Positions 1-8,782 of a stretch of DNA of 17,121 bases are shown here, piece after piece. Positions within the stretch are counted from its first letter, which is position 1. Each line of letters begins with the position of its first letter. The notes beneath the pieces are model-generated. The model made no database searches, was not told where the DNA came from, and saw only the letters and a list, made by a program, of their open reading frames with translations. Made by a program: the position numbers and the translations under genes. Origin of the DNA: Gemmatimonadota bacterium (GTDB lineage: Bacteria; Gemmatimonadota; Gemmatimonadetes; Palauibacterales; KS3-K002); NCBI GenBank assembly GCA_039586795.1, contig JBDHJS010000063.1:1-17121 (forward strand), read 5' to 3'.

Positions 1-308
1 CTTTCCGCCTTCGATGAGTCGGAATGCGGGACAGAAGCGCAGCGGGCGCTCGGGTCGCGATGCTCGCCGAACTTGGCTACCTCGTCCTGTTGGGGAAGAC
101 TGGGTATGCGGATGAGAGCGCGAGCGATCGCCACTCCGATGCTGTTCGCTCAAGAGTTTCGAGCCCTAACACTCGATCACCACATCCACCCAATCTCCAA
201 CCTCCACAAACTCCCAAGCGCCAGCCGCGACCTGCATTTCTGGACCGCTTCGCGCGGGATTTGCCAATCTAACTCGTTCCTGTGGTGAATGCAAAAACTC
301 CAAACGGC

Positions 309-323
309 TGGCGTAGCTCTTGC
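309..323 (+). promoter_or_regulatory. Putative sigma-54 (-24/-12) promoter of the beta-helix gene
   Basis: TGGCGTAGCTCTTGC fits TGGC-N7-TTGC with exact GG-N10-GC spacing; about 137 nt upstream of ATG 460. Confidence 0.55.
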
Positions 324-459
324 GAGGTTTGGTAGATGGGCGGGCTTGCCCTCGACGCCCCCGCTACCCGATCATGAATGAGCGTCGAGCTCGGCCGGAG
401 TATTCCATGGTGACCAGCAAGGCGGTTGCCGATAGACGGAACCGCGGGAGCATCAAGCG

Positions 460-1731
460 ATGACCGGAGCATTTTTCGCCAAGGTTGCAGGCTGCATTAT
501 CGGGATCCTGATCTTCTCGGCCGTGCCGCAGTGGCCCGTCGAGGGGGAAACAGATCAGTCCAGGACGCCCGCGACTTACTACGTGGACGGCGAGAACGCC
601 GCGGCTTCGGATGGGAACCCGGGCACGGAGGAGCGCCCGTGGAGGAGCCTCCACAAGGCGGCGGACGTGCTGCAACCTGGAGACGTCGTCTTTGTTAAGG
701 AGGGCACGTATGAGGTCGAGGCCGGCTGCACCTGGTCGCGGCCCGCTATCAACCCCCGGAACTCGGGCACCGCGGAGAACCCCATCGCCTTCCGCACCTA
801 CCCCGGCCACCGGGTGGTCGTGACCAACCAGGTCACCGACAAGGGGTGCGCTGTGCTCGGAGCTCGAGATCGTGACTATATCATAGTCGATGGTTTCGAG
901 GTCGTCGTACCGAGCAGCAAAGCCGTCGTCGTCTTCCGAAGCCGCGGAACCGTAATCGAGAACATGGTGATCCACGGCCTACGGAACGAGAAGAGCTCTA
1001 ACACGGATGGGATCCGCATCGAGGACTCCAACGAGATCCTGGTCCGCAACAACGTGATCTACGACATCCACAACGAGGAGCGCACACCGAACGGGACGGG
1101 CATCAAGCTGTATTACAGCTACGACGTCACCATCGAGCACAACGAGGTCTACGACGTCGATTCCGCGATCCGCAACAAGGCCGGCGGCGGTCGAAACGTC
1201 TTCCGTTACAACTGGGTTCACGATTGCACCAACTACGGCATCGGGCTCGGGACCACCAACGGGAGGACCACCGAGGGACTGGAGGCGCACAACAACATCG
1301 TGGCTCGCTGCGAAGTTGGAATTCGGGTCTATGGCAGCCCCTCGGCTCAAAACAACAACGTGCGAGTCTGGAACAACACGGTCGTGAACAACTCGCGACT
1401 CGGCATCTCGGCCCGCGATCGTGGTATGAGCGGCGTACAGGTCTGGAACAACATCATCTTCCAGGGCGGAAATCGCGATCTGAAGCCTGAGAACCGCGCG
1501 CTCGAGTTCTGTGACTACAATCTCTACTGGTTCAGCACCCCCGGCTGCGGCCGCAACAACGTCTTTGGCGATCCGCTCTTCGCCGGTACGTCGTTCGATG
1601 AGCCGGCGGACTTCAGGCCGCTGGACGGCTCTCCCGCCGCGGGCAGTGGTCGGAACGGTGAGAACTTGGGGGCCTACTCGGAGGGTGGTGAGACGATCGG
1701 GATGACGAGTCGGACCGAACGCGGTCCCTGA
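460..1731 (+). CDS. Secreted right-handed parallel beta-helix protein (pectate lyase-like/DUF1565-like), probable polysaccharide lyase or modifying enzyme
   Basis: Hydrophobic N-terminus; YYVD..SDGNPGTEERPWRSLHKAADVLQPGDVVFVKEGTY cap; Asn-ladder repeats (VRNNVIYD, IEHNEVYD, AHNNIVA, VWNNTVVNN, VWNNIIF); C-terminal DPLF..DFRP..GSPA..LGAY; GGGAG SD at 446-450. Confidence 0.85.
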   Translation: MTGAFFAKVAGCIIGILIFSAVPQWPVEGETDQSRTPATYYVDGENAAASDGNPGTEERPWRSLHKAADVLQPGDVVFVKEGTYEVEAGCTWSRPAINPRNSGTAENPIAFRTYPGHRVVVTNQVTDKGCAVLGARDRDYIIVDGFEVVVPSSKAVVVFRSRGTVIENMVIHGLRNEKSSNTDGIRIEDSNEILVRNNVIYDIHNEERTPNGTGIKLYYSYDVTIEHNEVYDVDSAIRNKAGGGRNVFRYNWVHDCTNYGIGLGTTNGRTTEGLEAHNNIVARCEVGIRVYGSPSAQNNNVRVWNNTVVNNSRLGISARDRGMSGVQVWNNIIFQGGNRDLKPENRALEFCDYNLYWFSTPGCGRNNVFGDPLFAGTSFDEPADFRPLDGSPAAGSGRNGENLGAYSEGGETIGMTSRTERGP

Positions 1732-1866
1732 CCTCGGCGAGGCGGTTGCCCACAGACGATCCGTGAGTCTCCTGCATAGAACTCCCTTCACCGCGCTCTT
1801 GGGCTCAAAGGTGTGGCAAGGACACTACAGCTGCCCCAAAATACCCCCAAACAGCGCCGCACATAC

Positions 1867-1881
1867 TGGTGCGGCTTTTGC
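1867..1881 (+). promoter_or_regulatory. Putative sigma-54 (-24/-12) promoter of asnB-glycosyltransferase
   Basis: TGGTGCGGCTTTTGC has exact GG-N10-GC spacing and a TTGC -12 element; about 135 nt upstream of ATG 2016. Confidence 0.5.
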
Positions 1882-2015
1882 CCCGCCCAAGGGGGGTGGA
1901 AGGGAGTCAGCTTCCCACGAAACCGGAACCATGAGGGGAACCGCGACGCGAGAGTCCCGGCGGTTCGAGATGCGGACGCTACCGCGCTCACGGCCTGAGA
2001 CCGACGCAGCGAATC

Positions 2016-3968
2016 ATGTGTGGCCTAGCAGGAATCTTCGCTACCAACGGTGAGTCGCAAGCGACGCTAGCTTGCGCAGCTCTGCGAATGGCAGAGCAAC
2101 TGGAGCACCGCGGTCCGGACGACACCGGCTCATGGGCGGACCAAGCGTCGAGCGTGGCGTTCGGCTTTCGGCGGCTCTCGATCATCGACCTGTCGGAGCA
2201 GGGACACCAGCCGATGTCGTCAGCGTCCGGGCGTTTCACCGTGGTCTTCAACGGCGAGGTCTACAATCACGGTGAGCTGCGTGAAGATCTCGAGCGTGCG
2301 GGCTGGGCGTTCCGGGGCCACTCCGATACCGAGGTGATCCTCGCGTCCTTCGAGCGGTGGGGCGTCGCCGATGCCGTCCCCCGGTTCGTTGGCATGTTCG
2401 CCATCGCTGCCTGGGACGCCGAAACACGCAGTCTGTCGCTGATAAGGGATCGGCTCGGAATCAAGCCGCTCTATATATATTCGCAGCCGGGACTGATCAC
2501 CTTCGGATCGGAGTTGAAGGCGCTGTACGAGGGCCCGGCCTTCGACCGGGAATTGGATCCCGATGCCCTCGCTGACTTTTTGCGCTACCTCTACATTCCG
2601 GCGCCGCACACCATCTTCCGTCATGTTCGCAAGCTGCCGCCCGGCCACATCCTGACCGTTTCTGATCCCGCGACCGAGCTACCAGATTCGGATGCCTACT
2701 GGTCGGTTGACGATGTTGTGAGTCGGGGCCTGGCCGATCCGTTCCGCGGTTCGGACGAGGAAGCCATCCTGCAGCTGGAGGATCACCTTTCCGATGCCGT
2801 CGCGCTTCGCATGTATGCCGATGTGCCCGTCGGCGCGCTCTTGTCGGGTGGGATAGACTCGTCGACCGTGGTCGCGTTGATGCAGCAGCACTCGAACATA
2901 CCTGTTAAGACTTACTCCATCGCGTTCGAGGAGGCCGAACACAACGAGGGCCCGCACGCCGCACGCGTCGCGGCCCATCTCGGCACCGACCACACGGAGC
3001 TGCTGGTCACCGGCGAGGATTCGCTGAAAGTGGTTCCCGACCTGAGTGAGATCTTCGACGAACCGCTGGCCGACCCATCGCAGATTCCCACGTTCCTGGT
3101 GTCCCGACTCGCTCGACGCGAAGTGACCGTCGCCTTGTCCGGAGACGGCGGCGATGAGCTGTTCGCCGGCTACAATCGCTACACGTACGGCGAGCGGGTG
3201 ATCGGTCGAGCGTTACGGATGCCCGGCGTGGTGCGCCGCGCCGTCGCCGCTGGAATCGGAAGCGTTTCGTCGCGCAGCTGGGATCGGCTCCACGCGATGG
3301 CCACACCGCTCATGCCAGGGCTGCGCAAACAGCGACTGGCGGGTGAAAAGGTCCAGAAGCTGGGTCACCTCATGGGTTGGACCTCCGAACCCGACATGTA
3401 CCGATCGCTGATGTCCGCCTGGCAGCACCCGGAACTTATGGTGGCGGGTGGAACCGGGCGACATGGAGCATTCGAGGGTGCCCTCGAGAAGCGGGACTCA
3501 CTCGGGCTGCTCCATCGCATGATGCTCGCCGACCAGCTGGTCTACCTCCCCGATGATCTGTTGGCCAAGGTGGACAGGGCGAGCATGGCGGTCAGTCTCG
3601 AGGCACGCGTGCCGATCCTTGATCACCGCGTTGCCGAGTTCGCGTGGCGGCTGCCTCGCGCACTCAAGATTCGTGACGGTCAGGGCAAGTGGCTTCTGCG
3701 TCAGGTCCTCTACAGGCACGTTCCAAAAGAGATGGTCGATCGACCGAAGGTAGGGTTCTCCGTCCCAATCGGCAGTTGGCTCCGGGGACCGCTCCGCGAG
3801 TGGGCGGAGGATCTTCTTGCGCCGACAAGCCTCCAGCGGACGGGGATCGTTCGCTCGGAGCCGGTGCGGCGGGCATGGGCCGAGTTCCAGAACGACCCGG
3901 GGCGCTCCGGTCAGGGAATCTGGGCCCTGGTGATGTTCCAAGCTTGGAGTGAAAGGTGGCTCAACTGA
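2016..3968 (+). CDS. asnB: Asparagine synthase (glutamine-hydrolysing)-like amidotransferase, probably glycan-amidating given its context
   Basis: Ntn nucleophile MCG; HRGPDD; RRLSIIDLS; FNGEVYN; SDTEV; RDRLGIKPLY; PP-loop LSGGIDSS; SGDGGDELFAGY; KVDRASMAVSLEARVP; RPKVGF. Confidence 0.95.
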   Translation: MCGLAGIFATNGESQATLACAALRMAEQLEHRGPDDTGSWADQASSVAFGFRRLSIIDLSEQGHQPMSSASGRFTVVFNGEVYNHGELREDLERAGWAFRGHSDTEVILASFERWGVADAVPRFVGMFAIAAWDAETRSLSLIRDRLGIKPLYIYSQPGLITFGSELKALYEGPAFDRELDPDALADFLRYLYIPAPHTIFRHVRKLPPGHILTVSDPATELPDSDAYWSVDDVVSRGLADPFRGSDEEAILQLEDHLSDAVALRMYADVPVGALLSGGIDSSTVVALMQQHSNIPVKTYSIAFEEAEHNEGPHAARVAAHLGTDHTELLVTGEDSLKVVPDLSEIFDEPLADPSQIPTFLVSRLARREVTVALSGDGGDELFAGYNRYTYGERVIGRALRMPGVVRRAVAAGIGSVSSRSWDRLHAMATPLMPGLRKQRLAGEKVQKLGHLMGWTSEPDMYRSLMSAWQHPELMVAGGTGRHGAFEGALEKRDSLGLLHRMMLADQLVYLPDDLLAKVDRASMAVSLEARVPILDHRVAEFAWRLPRALKIRDGQGKWLLRQVLYRHVPKEMVDRPKVGFSVPIGSWLRGPLREWAEDLLAPTSLQRTGIVRSEPVRRAWAEFQNDPGRSGQGIWALVMFQAWSERWLN

Positions 3969-5206
3969 ACACGGACAGACCCAAGGTCCTCTTCCTCGCC
4001 CACAACCTGCCGTATCCGCTGGATGAGGGCGTGAAGATTCGCACGTTCCACACCCTGCGGCTACTGAGCTGCGCCTTCGATGTCACTGCCCTCTGCTTTC
4101 CCAAGCGAAAGGCGAGCCGAGAGGATCACGATGTCGAGGACGAGCTGGCGCCCTTGAGGGAATTCGCCCGCGTCGAGGCTTTCCCAATTCCGCAGGACTG
4201 GAGCAAGCCTCGCTTCGCGTGGGACCATCTCCGAAGCCTAGTCTCAGGTCGCGTCTACACCCACTACGTCTACGACTCCGTGCCGTTCCGGCGGCGACTC
4301 CAGGAGCTACTGTATACCGAGCGCTTTGCGCTGGTTCACGTGGACAGTCTCGATCTGTGCCGCTATTTGCCCTTGCTCAATGGCGTGCCGACCGTGTGCG
4401 TGCACCACAACGTGGAGTCCGCGCTTCTGCGCCGGCGGGCGAAGGCCCAGGAGTCGTGGTGGCGACGCGCCTACGTCGGTCATCAGGCTCGATTGATGGA
4501 GCGAGAGGAGCGCCGCCGCTGCGGTGACGTCGCCCTGAACGTCGCCGTCTCTGAAGAAGATGGCGCAGCCCTGGAGACTCTGGTCCCGGAAGCGCGGGTC
4601 TCGGTCGTCCCTAACGGCGTCGACGTTGACGGCCTTCGCCCGGAACCGGGAGCGAACGATGGCCTCGTGTTTGTGGGTGGCAACACCTGGTTCCCTAACC
4701 GCGACGCACTGGAGTATTTCGCCGATTCGATCGCGCCGGTCATCCGGGCCAGCGGCTTGCAGCCTCCCGTTCGCTGGGTGGGTCGGGCGACTGAGAGCGA
4801 TCAACGCGCGTACAAGGAGCAGCACGACATCGAGCTAACGGGGTACGTGGACGATGTCCGGCCGTTTGTACGCGATGCCGCTTGTTACGTTGCGCCGTTG
4901 CGGGTTGGAGGCGGCACGCGATTGAAGATTCTCGAGGCGTGGGCGATGGGAAAAGCTGTCGTGAGCACATCGATCGGTTGTGAGGGACTGGAAGCCGTCG
5001 ACGGTGAGAACATCTTGATCGGCGACACTCCCGAAAGCTTCGGTGAGGCTGTGGTCTCTGTGCTTCGCGATCCGACTTTGCGCGACCGCTTGGGTCGGGC
5101 CGGGCGGTCGACGGTGGAACGGAGATACGGCTGGGACATCATCGGAGAGTCAATGGTGAGGGACTACCAGGGGCTGCTCGACATCGACGGCAAGCCGTCC
5201 GACTAG
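3956..5206 (+). CDS. Glycosyltransferase family 4 (GT-B), EPS-cluster type
   Basis: VLFLAHNLPYPLDEG N-terminus; HNVES; VVPNGVD; PLRVGGGTRLKILEAWAMGKAVVSTSIGCEGL. GTG start overlaps the asnB end by 13 nt with GGAG upstream, suggesting translational coupling. Confidence 0.92.
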   Translation: MAQLNTDRPKVLFLAHNLPYPLDEGVKIRTFHTLRLLSCAFDVTALCFPKRKASREDHDVEDELAPLREFARVEAFPIPQDWSKPRFAWDHLRSLVSGRVYTHYVYDSVPFRRRLQELLYTERFALVHVDSLDLCRYLPLLNGVPTVCVHHNVESALLRRRAKAQESWWRRAYVGHQARLMEREERRRCGDVALNVAVSEEDGAALETLVPEARVSVVPNGVDVDGLRPEPGANDGLVFVGGNTWFPNRDALEYFADSIAPVIRASGLQPPVRWVGRATESDQRAYKEQHDIELTGYVDDVRPFVRDAACYVAPLRVGGGTRLKILEAWAMGKAVVSTSIGCEGLEAVDGENILIGDTPESFGEAVVSVLRDPTLRDRLGRAGRSTVERRYGWDIIGESMVRDYQGLLDIDGKPSD

Positions 5207-6030
5207 TTCGCGTCTTCCAATATGTCCTTTCTCACCTGAGCGATCGCGGCCTGCTCCCGCAACAACATCTCGGTATCTCTGCCAAACAGCTCGATCGCCG
5301 CCCCGTACGTCTGTCGGGCGTCGTCGTGGCGACCCAGCTGAATGAGGGCGCCCGCTTTGTTGATGTAGGCTCGCGCGGCGCGCTCGCGTAGAACGGGATC
5401 GGCAGAATCCTCCCAGCGGACGATCACGTCGTCCAGCACATCCATCGCTTCCGTGGTCCGGTTTAGCTCGGCAAGCGCGATGCCCTTGTTGACCAGTGCC
5501 TTGCCGACGGCCTCGCGTACGATGGGGTCGGCATCGCCTTCGTACTCGTCGATCAGATCGTCGAACACGGCGATCGCTTCTTCGCGTCGATACAGTCCCT
5601 GCAGATTCGCGCCCTTGTTGAACAGAGCACGCACCGCGTTCTCGCGCAGCCCCATCTCCTTGGATCCGCCGATTCGCGCAACCAACCGATCGTAGGCGTC
5701 GATCGCCTGCTCGTTGCGGCCGAGTTGCGCGAGGACGACGCCCCTGTTGAACAGTGCTGCATTGACCCGCAGCTCGACCGAGGGCTTGAACTGGGGGTCG
5801 GCGGCGAGTTGATCGGCGCACTGGACGACCAGATCGTAGGCCTGCAGCACGGTCTCGGAAGCAGCGGAAAGCCCGGCGGCGGCGTTCAGCATGGCGTCCA
5901 TCAAGGCGCTGAGTTCGTCCCCATCCAGCTTGGCGATGGAAGCCGAAGCCGCGGCCTTGATGGCGTCCTCGTACCGCGAACGCGAGAGGGCGGTCTTCAC
6001 TCGCTCCAGTACCTTGCTCGAACGTGCCAT
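5203..6030 (-). CDS. Soluble tetratricopeptide repeat protein
   Basis: Four repeats of about 43 aa (ALFNRG.., ALFNKG.., ALVNKG.., AYINKA..). Start moved from 6084 to ATG 6030 because GGGAG precedes it and an extended -10 overlaps the 6084 ATG. Confidence 0.8.
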   Translation of the reverse strand: MARSSKVLERVKTALSRSRYEDAIKAAASASIAKLDGDELSALMDAMLNAAAGLSAASETVLQAYDLVVQCADQLAADPQFKPSVELRVNAALFNRGVVLAQLGRNEQAIDAYDRLVARIGGSKEMGLRENAVRALFNKGANLQGLYRREEAIAVFDDLIDEYEGDADPIVREAVGKALVNKGIALAELNRTTEAMDVLDDVIVRWEDSADPVLRERAARAYINKAGALIQLGRHDDARQTYGAAIELFGRDTEMLLREQAAIAQVRKDILEDAN

Positions 6031-6074
6031 CCAGGGCTCCCAGATTGCCAGAAAGACCATGGTTGAACAGGCAT

Positions 6075-6083
6075 AATATACCA
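6075..6083 (-). promoter_or_regulatory. Putative extended -10 promoter of the soluble TPR gene
   Basis: Minus strand TGGTATATT (TGn+TATATT) in an AT-rich divergent spacer. Confidence 0.45.
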
Positions 6084-6188
6084 TCTCTTATGGGTTTGGG
6101 GCCAATGATATCGTTTGCGGAATGAATCTACTGGCCCTGCCCAGGCGTAGGGATGAAGAGGCCGGGAACAAGAGTGACAATCCGGGGC

Positions 6189-6216
6189 TTGCTTGGGGTG
6201 TCCAACGTGCTAGAAT
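6189..6216 (+). promoter_or_regulatory. Putative sigma-70 promoter of the membrane TPR gene
   Basis: TTGCTT-N16-TAGAAT with extended TG (TGCTAGAAT); supports a start at ATG 6263 rather than 6122. Confidence 0.5.
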
Positions 6217-6262
6217 CGGGCACCGGGTTCAGGCACTCCAAGACGGTCCCGCTTTGAATAAC

Positions 6263-8608
6263 ATGACGAACACGAGCAGCGACAAGACGAGCGGATCCAG
6301 CCGCCGGGGTCAGTTCACCCGGGTATTATTGGTATATCTCGGCGTTTCGTTCGCCGTACTGGAAAGCGCAGACATCTTCACCGACCAGCTCGGGCTGCCC
6401 CGCTGGTTCTTCATCGGGACGGTCATCCTCATAGCGCTGGGGCTTCCGGTCGTGCTGACGACGTGGTTCGTCCGTGACCTGGCGCAACAGCACCGAGCCG
6501 TCCGAACCGAGCGCGGCGAGTTGTCCGGCGAGCCCGGGTACGTCCCATCCCCCGAGCTGGGCGTCGCGAACGAGTCCGCTCTGCCCGGAGTCTGGCTGAC
6601 GTGGCGGAGAGCGATCATCGGTGGCGCCCTCGTGCTGGCTTTCTGGGGTCTCTTTGTGGCCGCCTTCATGATGATGCGGTCGATGGGAATCGGTCCCGTC
6701 GGCTCCCTGGTAGCCGCCGGAGTCATCGACGAGCGCGAAGCGATCATCCTGGCGGACTTCGAGAACTACACGGGTGACCCGCTATTGGGCCATGCGGCAA
6801 CCGAGGCGTTCCGAATCGACCTCAGTCAGTCGACCGTCGTTACTTTGGTGCCCGCCGCCCAGGTCGATCGCGCCCTCGTCCTCATGCGCTCCGATCCCGG
6901 CAGAGAGCTGGACGAAACGCTCGCCCGGGAAGTCGCGGTGCGTGAGGGCATCAAGGCGGTGATCGCCGGCGAGATCAACCCGGTGGGTTCCGGATACGTG
7001 TTGACCGCCGAGCTGATCAGCGCGCAAGACGGTCAGGTACTCGCCGCGTCTCGCGAGACGGCCCGCGACTCCACCGAGATCATCGGCGCCATCGATCAAC
7101 TGTCCAACAAGATCAGGGAACGGGTCGGTGAGTCGCTTCGCACCATCCGTCGCAGTGAGCCCCTCGACCAGGTGACGACGACGTCCCTCGAGGCGCTGAC
7201 CAAGTACTCGGAAGCGGTGCGCGTCATCGAACAAGGCGAGCACGAACGGGCCGTGACGTTGCTCGAGGAAGCAGTACTGTTGGACAGCGAGTTCGCCATG
7301 GCGTGGCGAAAGCTCGGGATCACGCTGGGCAACCTGGGCCGCGACCGGGCGCGCCAGATCGAAGCGCTCACCGAAGCCTACGAACGACGTGATCGGCTGA
7401 GCGACCGCGAGCGCCTGATGACCGAAGGCAGTTACTACGCCGGAGTGACCGGCGAGAACGATCGTGCCGCCGAAGCGTATCAGGCCGTGCTCGATCTGTA
7501 TCCCAATGACACCTGGGCGCTGAACAATCAGGCTCTGATTTTCTTGGAGAGCCGGGACTACCACCGCGCCAGCGAAAACTTCGAGCGCGCCATCGAGATC
7601 GACTCCACCGATGCGCTCTTCTACGGGAATGTGCTGACGACGTTGGTCGCCGAAGGCAAGCACGATCGGGCGGAGTCGTACTACGCGCAGCTCAACGAGC
7701 GTTTCCCGGATCACCCAACGGCGGGCATCGAGGGGATCGCTCTGGCCACATCGAAACTCGATTACGACTTGGCCGAGGAGCGACTTCAGGCAGCTCAGGC
7801 TAAGGGCACCTCCAACCGCCTCGTGCAACTGGGCCTCGCTTTCAACCAGGCGCAGCTCGCCGAGATCCGCGGTCACCTCGACGAAGCGGAGACGATCCTC
7901 GAGGGCATCGCTGCCACGTTCGAACAACAGGGCGACTACGGCAACTACATCGGCACCGTAATGCGGATCGCGTTCTACGACGTGATGCTGAGGGGCGACC
8001 CGGAGCGCGGGATAGAGCGGATGGAGGCGGCGTTGGCGCGTCACCCACTAGAAGAGATCGATGAGCTGGAACGGCCGTACGACGACCTCGCCCTGTTCTA
8101 CGCCCTCTCCGGGCAGAGCGCGAAGGCGCGCGACATGCTGGCCAAGGACAGCGGGTCGACAGGCGCGTACGGAGAAGACGACGATACAGGCTACGACATC
8201 GCCCGGGCCGTGCTCGCCATCGATGAAGGTCGCGGCGAGGAGGCGGTCGAGCACATTCTCGCTGCCGACCGCGGCTCCTGTGCGATGTGTACCCTACCGC
8301 TTCTCGGTCAGATCTATGACGAAGCCGGGCAGGCCGACTCCGCACTCGTCATCTACGAACGCTATATCGAGACGCCGTGGCTCTACCGGCTAGCGGCCAC
8401 GGACTGGTGGGCGCTGGCTTCGGTATACGAACGACTCGGTGGGCTGTACGAGCTGCAAGGCGACATCGAGATGGCAGGCCGCTACTACAGCTTGTTCGTC
8501 CAGCTGTGGGAAAATGCCGATCCCGCTCTGCAGCCGCGGGTCGATGCGGCGCGGCGAGCGCTGGAGCGGCTGGCGGCGGAGAGCCAAAACGTCGTGACCG
8601 GTGTGTGA
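6263..8608 (+). CDS. Membrane-anchored receptor-like protein: three TM helices, TolB-N/FlgO-like domain, TPR array
   Basis: TM segments (VLLVYLGVSFAVL; WFFIGTVILIALGLPVVL; AIIGGALVLAFWGLFVAAF); IILADFENYTGDPLL..RIDLSQS domain; TPRs (LEEAVLLDSEFAMAWRKLG; YQAVLDLYPNDTWALNN); terminal FVQLWENADPALQPRV. The ORF is open from 6122. Confidence 0.8.
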   Translation: MTNTSSDKTSGSSRRGQFTRVLLVYLGVSFAVLESADIFTDQLGLPRWFFIGTVILIALGLPVVLTTWFVRDLAQQHRAVRTERGELSGEPGYVPSPELGVANESALPGVWLTWRRAIIGGALVLAFWGLFVAAFMMMRSMGIGPVGSLVAAGVIDEREAIILADFENYTGDPLLGHAATEAFRIDLSQSTVVTLVPAAQVDRALVLMRSDPGRELDETLAREVAVREGIKAVIAGEINPVGSGYVLTAELISAQDGQVLAASRETARDSTEIIGAIDQLSNKIRERVGESLRTIRRSEPLDQVTTTSLEALTKYSEAVRVIEQGEHERAVTLLEEAVLLDSEFAMAWRKLGITLGNLGRDRARQIEALTEAYERRDRLSDRERLMTEGSYYAGVTGENDRAAEAYQAVLDLYPNDTWALNNQALIFLESRDYHRASENFERAIEIDSTDALFYGNVLTTLVAEGKHDRAESYYAQLNERFPDHPTAGIEGIALATSKLDYDLAEERLQAAQAKGTSNRLVQLGLAFNQAQLAEIRGHLDEAETILEGIAATFEQQGDYGNYIGTVMRIAFYDVMLRGDPERGIERMEAALARHPLEEIDELERPYDDLALFYALSGQSAKARDMLAKDSGSTGAYGEDDDTGYDIARAVLAIDEGRGEEAVEHILAADRGSCAMCTLPLLGQIYDEAGQADSALVIYERYIETPWLYRLAATDWWALASVYERLGGLYELQGDIEMAGRYYSLFVQLWENADPALQPRVDAARRALERLAAESQNVVTGV

Positions 8609-8632
8609 TTCGGCGGCCGACTTCAAATACAC

Positions 8633-8756
8633 AACGCGCAAGGCCTAATCACACTCATCAACAACTCAGCCCTCAATCATCAGGGGAAAAGTGGTACCTG
8701 ATAATTGAGGGCTGAGTTGTTGATGAGTGTGATCGTACCTTGAATCTTGACCGTCA
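8633..8756. repeat. Long intergenic palindrome, copy A
   Basis: Arms 8648-8684 and 8697-8733 are 36/37 complementary around a 12-nt loop; flanks homologous to 14899-15014; lies between convergent genes. Confidence 0.95.
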
Positions 8757-8782
8757 AAAGTCGACCGCCGAGCAGTTCTCAA

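Noticed and set aside
1..153. Minus-strand frame from TTG 153 open to the left edge, ending ..FRLIEGGK, with a weak sigma-54-like TGGCAAATCCCGCGC at 266-252
   Set aside because: Only 51 codons visible, no SD or recognisable domain, and a poor -12 element; needs flanking sequence.
24..472. Short ORFs 24..272, 73..288, 269..472
   Set aside because: Low-complexity, no motifs, overlap the probable promoter region.
364..1791. Antisense ORFs 364..975 and 979..1791
   Set aside because: Shadows of the well-supported beta-helix gene in GC-rich DNA.
1814..1828. TGGCAAGGACACTAC as a sigma-54 promoter
   Set aside because: AC instead of GC at -12.
6122..6262. N-terminal extension of the membrane TPR ORF
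   Set aside because: Contains a good promoter motif and has atypical composition; ATG 6263 preferred.
6782..8044. 420-aa antisense ORF (likewise 10162..11013, 12796..13398, 5150..5821)
   Set aside because: Overlap confident genes and have no family motifs.
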